From an uncultured Gammaproteobacteria bacterium (GTDB lineage: Bacteria; Patescibacteriota; Patescibacteriia; Patescibacteriales; UBA12465), in NCBI GenBank assembly GCA_964572055.1, contig CAZNDY010000002.1, positions 5,555 to 68,660 of the forward strand: DNA of 63,106 nt. Direction: 5' to 3'. A program made the position numbers and the translations under genes. Of this stretch, positions 27,596 through 34,379 are shown one piece after another. How positions within the stretch are numbered: position 1 is the stretch's first letter; each line of letters opens with the position of its first letter. The notes beneath the pieces were generated by a model. The model was not told the origin of the DNA, searched no databases, and saw only the letters and a program-made list of their open reading frames with translations.

Positions 27596-27775
27596 TTAAA
27601 AGTTATTTTTAATATTTAGTCTTATTTTGTCTAGGTGTTCTTTTTCTTTTTCTTTGATAAAATCTAAAACAATTTTTTCTTGTCTGAGTTTAAGTTTTTT
27701 TATTTGATTGGTGTATTCTTGATAGATGGTTTTTATTTCCTCTATCCTTTTTTCTATTTCTAAGTCAATATTCAT
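27596..27775 (-). CDS. small coiled-coil hypothetical protein (59 aa; below ORF-track cutoff), first gene of reverse-strand operon
   Basis: Hand translation: MNIDLEIEKRIEEIKTIYQEYTNQIKKLKLRQEKIVLDFIKEKEKEHLDKIRLNIKNNF*; stop lies 5 nt before the start of the 500-aa gene. Confidence 0.35.
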   Translation of the reverse strand: MNIDLEIEKRIEEIKTIYQEYTNQIKKLKLRQEKIVLDFIKEKEKEHLDKIRLNIKNNF

Positions 27776-27910
27776 TTTTTTTCTTTTAATGCTTTAGTAA
27801 ATTTTACTAAAAAAAGCCTTTTTTGTCAATTAAAATTTATATTTATTTTTTTATTTTTTTGTGTTAATATATTAAGGATAGATTTATTTTTTATTCTTAA
27901 ATTTAAATAT

Positions 27911-28663
27911 ATGGATTTTTTTATTGTTCTTTTGGTTTTTGTTTTTATTTTTTTCTTATCGTCTTTAAAACAAATAAATCAATACGAAAGAGGTGTTAAA
28001 TTTACAATGGGTCGTTTTTCTAGTGTTATGAATCCAGGTTGGAAGTTTTTGTGGCCAATTTTTCAAACTTATAAGAAGGTTGATATTAGAGTTAAAGCTG
28101 TTGACGTGCCAGATCAAAGGGCTATTACTAGGGACAATGTGCCAGTAACAGTTAATGCTGTTTTATATTATAAAATATCTGATGCTTCTAAGGCTATTAT
28201 TGAGGTTGAAAATTTTTATTATGCTGTCTCTCAATATGCTCAAACAACCATGAGAAACATTGTCGGAGAAACAAGTCTTGACGAGCTTTTAACTAGTCGT
28301 GATAAAATTGCTGAAAGAATTAGAGAAATTGTCGACAAAGAAACTGATGCCTGGGGCTTAAAGGTTAATAACGTTGAATTAAAAGATATAATATTGCCAG
28401 AGTCAATGGAAAGAACTATTGCTAAACAGGCTGAGGCTGAAAGGGAAAAAAGGGCTGTTATTATTAATGCTCAAGGAGAGTTGGCGGCTGCTGAGAATTT
28501 GTCTAATGCTGCCAAGATATTATCATCTTCTGATGGTGCCTTACATTTAAGAACATTGCAGTCAATAAATGATATATCGTCTGATCAATCAAATACAATA
28601 GTTTTTGTTACTCCGGTTGAAATATTAAAAGCGTTTGAAAGTTTTAAGAATAAGAAAGATTAA
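27911..28663 (+). CDS. SPFH/band-7 (stomatin/prohibitin-like) membrane protein
   Basis: N-terminal TM anchor, then ERGVKFTMGRF...TRDNVPVTVNAVLYYKI...RNIVGETSLDELL...WGLKV..VELKDI, the typical SPFH domain. Confidence 0.88.
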   Translation: MDFFIVLLVFVFIFFLSSLKQINQYERGVKFTMGRFSSVMNPGWKFLWPIFQTYKKVDIRVKAVDVPDQRAITRDNVPVTVNAVLYYKISDASKAIIEVENFYYAVSQYAQTTMRNIVGETSLDELLTSRDKIAERIREIVDKETDAWGLKVNNVELKDIILPESMERTIAKQAEAEREKRAVIINAQGELAAAENLSNAAKILSSSDGALHLRTLQSINDISSDQSNTIVFVTPVEILKAFESFKNKKD

Positions 28664-28703
28664 ATTAAATTAAAATAATTCGCACCTTTAAAAAAAATAA
28701 ATC

Positions 28704-29315
28704 ATGAAGAGGAGAAAAAAAATTGTTAAACAGGCAATTGAGTTGTTTGATTTTCAAATAAATAAATTAGCCTCTTTGGATGTTCCGGCTTTTGTTATGA
28801 CTGACCCTTTGCTTTCTTTAATGGAGCTCAGAGATAATGTTGTTTCTAAGATTAAAGAGCTTGATGATAAAGGATTATTGTCTGGTGTGTGGTTTGTTCC
28901 AGTTATTCCTTTTAGTATTATAGGGATTTTAAATCAAGTTCAGTTTTTACAGTTCAACAATAACAAGGGTTATTCATATTTTAATTGTGATGATGTTGTG
29001 GATTTAATAGCGACACCTCAAACGCCTTACTATGTCTGGGGTGTAAATGAAGGTTTTGCTAGCTCTAAGGAGTCGGTTGATTCTGAAAAATTTTTGACTT
29101 TGTCGGAGTCATTAGCTTTGTGTTTTCATAGTGACATCTTGACTAGACATTATGTTAAAGCTCTTAACTCATTTTTTAAAACCGTTAAAGATTCACCCAT
29201 TATTCACATCTACAGAGGCGAACATCCTAAGGTTGATTGGGATTATTTCGAAGGTCAAGAAAGCGATAATTTTTTAAAAGAAGCAAGACCTTTTTGTCTT
29301 GGAAGAATCTTTTAA
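28704..29315 (+). CDS. hypothetical protein (203 aa)
   Basis: Clean ORF 40 nt after the SPFH gene, followed by a terminator; no motif recognised. Confidence 0.5.
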   Translation: MKRRKKIVKQAIELFDFQINKLASLDVPAFVMTDPLLSLMELRDNVVSKIKELDDKGLLSGVWFVPVIPFSIIGILNQVQFLQFNNNKGYSYFNCDDVVDLIATPQTPYYVWGVNEGFASSKESVDSEKFLTLSESLALCFHSDILTRHYVKALNSFFKTVKDSPIIHIYRGEHPKVDWDYFEGQESDNFLKEARPFCLGRIF

Positions 29316-29318
29316 TTT

Positions 29319-29346
29319 AAGTGGAGTCATTGATTCCACTTTTTTA
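29319..29346 (+). terminator. intrinsic terminator
   Basis: AAGTGGA ... TCCACTT 7-bp stem followed by TTTTT. Confidence 0.7.
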
Positions 29347-29382
29347 TTTATTTAAATATGTTATAATAATTTTATAATATTT

Positions 29383-30825
29383 ATGATTTTAAATAAAAAA
29401 GACAATGTTTATATGGTTGGGATTAAAGGGGTTGGCATGGCAATGTTGGCTCAGTTTTTGGTTTTTAAGGGCTTTAGTGTTTCTGGCTCGGACGTTGAAG
29501 AAGAGTTTCAAACTAATAAAACTTTAGCTAACTCTAAAATAAAAGTTAAGCACGGATTTTCTTTGGAAAATTTTCCGGAAAAAATTGATTTGGTTATCCG
29601 TTCTTCAGCTTTTAATATTGATAAAAATATAGAGCTTAAGCATTTAAATAAGAGAGGGGTAAAAATAATAACTTATGCTGAGGCGGTGGGATATTTATTT
29701 AATCAGTATTTTGGTATTTCTGTTTGTGGGAGTCATGGAAAAACAACGGTTACTTCTTGGTTGGGTTATGTTTTATTTAAATCAAAGGTTGAGCCTAACG
29801 TTTTAAGTGGTTCTTATGTTAGGCAATTTAATGGAAGTTCTTTGATGGGAAAATCAAAGTATTTTATTCTAGAATCTGATGAATATCAAAACAAATTGCA
29901 ATATTTTAATCCACAAATGGTTGTTTTAAATAATATTGATTTTGATCATCCAGATTACTTTAAAGATGAAAAAGCTTATTTTAAAGTTTTTTCTGACTTT
30001 GTTAAAAAAGTTCCCAAGTCTGGTTTTTTAGTAACCAATATTAAAGACAAGCAATGTTTAAAAATCAGTAAATTTAATCAAGGTAAAAATATTTTTTATA
30101 CTATTTCTGACATGGTTAATATAAAAGATTTGAGTAAGTTGAATTATAAGTATTTATATAGGGCAGAGAATATAAAGACTGAAAAGTACGGACAAAGTTT
30201 TATTTTGTATAAAAATAATAAAAGTTTGGGTAAGTTTAAAATCAAGTTAATGGGTGAACATAATATTTCTAATGCTTTGGCTGTAATTTCTTCTTGTCTA
30301 GAATTGAGAGTTGATTTGGAAAAAATTAGAAAAAATTTGTTTTTGTTTACTGGGGCTTCTCGTCGCTTCGATGTCTTGGGTGTTTATAGGGGGTCGGTTA
30401 TTATAGATGATTATGGACATCATCCAACTGAAGTAAAAGCATGTCTTCAGGCAGTTAAACAAAGATATGGAGATAAAAAAATAATTACTGTTTTTCATCC
30501 GCACACCGTAAGTCGAACTAAGGCTTTATTCGATGATTTTGTTAAAAGCTTTGAATTAACTGATAGTTTATATTTAATGGAGATTTATACTTCAGCTCGA
30601 GAAAAGTCTCAAAAACTTTCCAGCCTTGATTTAATGAAAAAAATAGGGCAATATAATTTGAAAAATAATAAAAAGCAAGAATTAAAATATTTTAAAAATT
30701 TTTCTGATATTGAAAAAGATTTGAGAAAAATAGCTAGCAAGGATAAAGTTATTTTGCTTTTGGGTGCTGGTGATATTTTTCGAGTAGCTTATAAATTACT
30801 TAATATATCTTCTAAAGATATTTAA
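29383..30825 (+). CDS. murC: UDP-N-acetylmuramate--L-alanine ligase
   Basis: VGIKGVGMAMLAQFL, GSHGKTTVTSW P-loop, DDYGHHPTE. Confidence 0.9.
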   Translation: MILNKKDNVYMVGIKGVGMAMLAQFLVFKGFSVSGSDVEEEFQTNKTLANSKIKVKHGFSLENFPEKIDLVIRSSAFNIDKNIELKHLNKRGVKIITYAEAVGYLFNQYFGISVCGSHGKTTVTSWLGYVLFKSKVEPNVLSGSYVRQFNGSSLMGKSKYFILESDEYQNKLQYFNPQMVVLNNIDFDHPDYFKDEKAYFKVFSDFVKKVPKSGFLVTNIKDKQCLKISKFNQGKNIFYTISDMVNIKDLSKLNYKYLYRAENIKTEKYGQSFILYKNNKSLGKFKIKLMGEHNISNALAVISSCLELRVDLEKIRKNLFLFTGASRRFDVLGVYRGSVIIDDYGHHPTEVKACLQAVKQRYGDKKIITVFHPHTVSRTKALFDDFVKSFELTDSLYLMEIYTSAREKSQKLSSLDLMKKIGQYNLKNNKKQELKYFKNFSDIEKDLRKIASKDKVILLLGAGDIFRVAYKLLNISSKDI

Positions 30826-30828
30826 TAT

Positions 30829-31854
30829 ATGGAATTAGAGATAAAAAAAAATGTAAAACTAGCTGATTATTCTACTTTTAGAATTGGTGGTTTAGCTAAA
30901 TATTTTGTAGTTGTAAAAAGTGAAGATGATTTTATGGTAGCTATTAAATGGGCCAAGAGAAGATCTAAAAAGATATTTATTTTAGGTGGAGGTTCAAATA
31001 TTTTATTTTCTGACAAAGGTTTTGATGGTTTGGTTATTAAAAACGAAATAAAGGGGATGGAAATTGTGGGTGAAAATGAATATTCTGCTATTATTAAATC
31101 ATATAGTGGTGAGACTTGGTCGAAGATGGTTAATTTCAGTATATTGCATAATTATTATGGCATAGAAAATATGTTTTATATTTTCGGGACAGTTGGGGCA
31201 GCTCCGGTTCAAAATATTGGAGCTTATGGAGTAGAACTGAAAGATGTTTTTTATAATTTATGCGCTATTGATTTAAAAACGGGAGAGAAAAGATATTTTA
31301 ATTTGAAAGATTGTCAGTTTGCTTATCGTGATAGTATTTTTAAAAACAAATTAAAAAATAAATATTTTGTTTTGTGGATAGAGTTAAAATTGAGTAAAAA
31401 AGAAAAGTTTAATTTAGAATATGGTGATATAAAAAATAGATTAGCCGAGAAGGGAGTGGAAAACCCTAAATTAAAAGACATAGCTGAAGTAATTCAAGAA
31501 ATTAGAAATTTAAAATTACCTAACCCAGGAACACTTCCTAACGCTGGTTCATTTTTCAAAAATCCAGTTATTAGTGAAAGTGAGTTTAAAAATTTAAAAG
31601 AAAAATTTTCAGATATTAAAAGTTTTTCAGATGAGAAGGGGGTAAAAATTCCAGCTGGCTGGTTAATAGAGCAAGCGGGTATGAAGGGCTATCGTCATGG
31701 CGATGCTGGTGTTTATGAAAACCAGGCACTAATAATAGTAAATCATGGCAGTGCCAGTCAAAAAGATGTTTTGTTTTTGGTAGATTTGGTGAAGAAAAAT
31801 GTTTTTGATAAGTTTGGTATAATTTTAGAGGCAGAGGTTAATATTTTGAAATAA
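30829..31854 (+). CDS. murB: UDP-N-acetylenolpyruvoylglucosamine reductase
   Basis: FAD-binding N-terminus (YSTFRIGG, LGGGSNIL), GSFFKNP, AGWLIEQAG motifs. Confidence 0.9.
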   Translation: MELEIKKNVKLADYSTFRIGGLAKYFVVVKSEDDFMVAIKWAKRRSKKIFILGGGSNILFSDKGFDGLVIKNEIKGMEIVGENEYSAIIKSYSGETWSKMVNFSILHNYYGIENMFYIFGTVGAAPVQNIGAYGVELKDVFYNLCAIDLKTGEKRYFNLKDCQFAYRDSIFKNKLKNKYFVLWIELKLSKKEKFNLEYGDIKNRLAEKGVENPKLKDIAEVIQEIRNLKLPNPGTLPNAGSFFKNPVISESEFKNLKEKFSDIKSFSDEKGVKIPAGWLIEQAGMKGYRHGDAGVYENQALIIVNHGSASQKDVLFLVDLVKKNVFDKFGIILEAEVNILK

Positions 31855-31871
31855 ACACCTCATTTTTTGTC

Positions 31872-31899
31872 ACCCCAGCGAAAGCTGGGGTCTTTTTTT
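31872..31899 (+). terminator. intrinsic terminator after murB
   Basis: CCCCAGC-gaaa-GCTGGGG stem with GNRA loop followed by a T7 run. Confidence 0.85.
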
Positions 31900-31900
31900 A

Positions 31901-31930
31901 TTGCCAATTTTACAAAAATTATAGTATAAT
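31901..31930 (+). promoter_or_regulatory. candidate promoter of alaS
   Basis: TTGCCA-18 nt-TATAAT, 35 nt upstream of the alaS ATG. Confidence 0.45.
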
Positions 31931-31964
31931 AATTAAAGTATAAAAAATAATATAAACAATATAT

Positions 31965-33821
31965 ATGACAACTAGTGAAATTAGACAAAAGTATTTTGAA
32001 TTTTTTCAAAAAAAACAACATAGTTTGATATCATCATCGTCACTTGTTCCTGAAAATGATTCTAGTCTTTTATTTACTAATTCCGGAATGTTTCCTTTAG
32101 TGCCATATTTTTTGGGTGAAAAACATCCCGCTGGAGTTTGTTTGGTGAATAGTCAAAAATGTTTTCGTTCCGAAGATATTGATGAAGTTGGTGATGGTCG
32201 TCACAATACTTTTTTTGAAATGCTTGGTAATTGGAGTTTGGGTGATTATTTCAAGGAAGAGCAGTTAAATTGGTGGTTTGAATTTATGATAGAAGAACTT
32301 GGTCTTGATATAAATAAAATTTATCAAACAGTTTATGCTGGCGATGGTCAAAATATTGTCAAAGATGAAGAATCTATAAAAATTTTAAAAAATATTTACA
32401 AAAAATACGGATTAGAAGTCGAAGAAGGTCCAGAAACTCTAACTAAGGGTGACAAAGGATCAGGATTAGAACTCGATTTTTCTAAACAAAGAATTTTTGC
32501 TTACCGAGACAAGAATTGGTGGCAAAGAGGTGATGCTGTCGGAGAGCTTGGTGGTCCAGATAGTGAAACCTTTTATGATACTGGCAAAGAACATGATCCA
32601 AGATTTGGCGAACATTGTCATTTGAACTGTGATTGTGGAAGATTTATTGAAATTGGTAATTCGGTTTTTATGCAATATCAGAAAACAGTTGATGGTTGGA
32701 AAGAATTGGAAAATAAAAATGTTGATTTCGGTGGAGGGCTAGAAAGAATTGTGATGATTAAAAATAATTTAAACAATGTTTTTGAAATTGATTCACTTAA
32801 ACCTATTGTAGATAAATTAGAAAAGTCTTCTGGTTTAAAATATGAAGATAATAAAAAAGCTTTTGAAGTTATAGCTGATCATATTAAAAGTGCTACTTTT
32901 TTATTAGGTGATGATAAGGGTCTTAGTCCGTCTAACACTGATCAGGGTTATATCATTAGGCGTCTTATTAGAAGAGCGGTGCGCTATTTGAAGCAATTAA
33001 AAATTGAAGAAAAAAATCTTACTTCAGAATTAAGTCAAATAATTATTGAATTTTATAAAGATTCTTATAGTGAATTAAATAAAAATAGTGACTTTATTTT
33101 AAAAGCTTTAAGCGAAGAAGAGGAAAAATTTAACAGAACCATAGAAAAAGGAGAGAGAGTTTTGAATAACTTAGTTGAAAAGGGTGAAAAAATAGACGGA
33201 GAAATTGCTTTTAATTTATTTCAAAGTCATGGTTATCCGCTAGAAATGACTTTAGAAATTATAGAGGAAAAAAATATTTCTAAATCAGATAATTTTTTAG
33301 ATGAATATAGTCAGGCATTAAATAAACATCAAGAATTATCCAAAACTGCTAGTGCTGGAAAGTTTAAGGGAGGTCTGGCTGATCAAAGCGAGGAAACTAC
33401 TAAGCTTCATACTGCGGCTCATTTATTGTTAGAGGCTCTTCGTCGAGTTTTAGGTGATCATGTATCACAGCGGGGAAGTAATATTACTGCCGAAAGACTT
33501 CGTTTCGATTTTTCTCATCCTGAAAAAATGACTGATGAACAAAAAAAACAAGTAGAAGATTTGGTAAATAATAATATTCAAAAAGGATTAGAAGTTAATT
33601 GCAGTGAAATGACATTGGATGAAGCCAAACAAATGGGGGCTACTGGAGTTTTTGAATCTAAGTATGGTGAAAGAGTAAAAGTTTATTCTGTGGGTGATTT
33701 TTCTAAAGAAATTTGTGGCGGTCCTCATGTTGAAAGTCTAGAGAATTTAGGCGTATTTAAAATACAAAAAGAGGAAAGCTCTAGTTCTGGTGTTAGGAGA
33801 ATTAAAGCAGTTTTATTATAA
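31965..33821 (+). CDS. alaS: alanine--tRNA ligase, short form (618 aa)
   Basis: Class II core (SSSLVPENDSSLLFTNSGM, FEMLGNWSLGDYFK, FGGGLER), editing-site HTAAH and CGGPH motifs; ends shortly after the editing core. Confidence 0.9.
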   Translation: MTTSEIRQKYFEFFQKKQHSLISSSSLVPENDSSLLFTNSGMFPLVPYFLGEKHPAGVCLVNSQKCFRSEDIDEVGDGRHNTFFEMLGNWSLGDYFKEEQLNWWFEFMIEELGLDINKIYQTVYAGDGQNIVKDEESIKILKNIYKKYGLEVEEGPETLTKGDKGSGLELDFSKQRIFAYRDKNWWQRGDAVGELGGPDSETFYDTGKEHDPRFGEHCHLNCDCGRFIEIGNSVFMQYQKTVDGWKELENKNVDFGGGLERIVMIKNNLNNVFEIDSLKPIVDKLEKSSGLKYEDNKKAFEVIADHIKSATFLLGDDKGLSPSNTDQGYIIRRLIRRAVRYLKQLKIEEKNLTSELSQIIIEFYKDSYSELNKNSDFILKALSEEEEKFNRTIEKGERVLNNLVEKGEKIDGEIAFNLFQSHGYPLEMTLEIIEEKNISKSDNFLDEYSQALNKHQELSKTASAGKFKGGLADQSEETTKLHTAAHLLLEALRRVLGDHVSQRGSNITAERLRFDFSHPEKMTDEQKKQVEDLVNNNIQKGLEVNCSEMTLDEAKQMGATGVFESKYGERVKVYSVGDFSKEICGGPHVESLENLGVFKIQKEESSSSGVRRIKAVLL

Positions 33822-33830
33822 ATTTTATAA

Positions 33831-34379
33831 ATGTTTAAAAATTATTTTCAAAAAAACAAAAAAGCCTTCACCTTAGTAGAACTTCTAGTAGTAATAGCTA
33901 TTATTGGCATATTGGCTACTCTAGCTGTTGTAGCCCTTCAACAAGCTCGTTCTCGTGCTCGTGATTCTAAACGTGTAGCTGACGTTAAACAAACCCAAAC
34001 TGCCCTAGAACTATTCTTTAATGAACAAGGCCGTTATCCTACTGTAGAAGAATGGAATAGTGGCACTTTAATTACATCTAGTGGAGAAATGTTAATGATT
34101 GATATTCCTTCTGCTCCTTATCCAGCTGACGGTGTTTGTGATGCTAGTCAAAATACTTTCTATTATCAAGTTGACGATGATTATTCTTCTTATTCTATCT
34201 CTTTCTGTTTAGGTAGTGATTTTCTAGTTTATCAGAGGGACCAAAATGTGCTACTCCTGGAGGAATATTGGATTACGATTGTTCGGGAGGCTCAGTGGGT
34301 GGTGAAGATAATCCCGTTTCTAATGTTTGTTATCCAGACTGTCAAGCTGGTTATATTTGTCAAAGTGGTTCTTGTGTAG
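33831..34379 (+). CDS. type IV pilin-like protein, N-terminal module; last ~52 codons are out-of-frame read-through
   Basis: KKAFTLVELLVVIAIIGILATLAVVAL class III (prepilin) signal with Glu+5, then ARSRARDSKRVADVKQ..ALELF pseudopilin head; sense lost after ...ISFCLGSDF (~34223). Confidence 0.7.
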   Translation: MFKNYFQKNKKAFTLVELLVVIAIIGILATLAVVALQQARSRARDSKRVADVKQTQTALELFFNEQGRYPTVEEWNSGTLITSSGEMLMIDIPSAPYPADGVCDASQNTFYYQVDDDYSSYSISFCLGSDFLVYQRDQNVLLLEEYWITIVREAQWVVKIIPFLMFVIQTVKLVIFVKVVLV

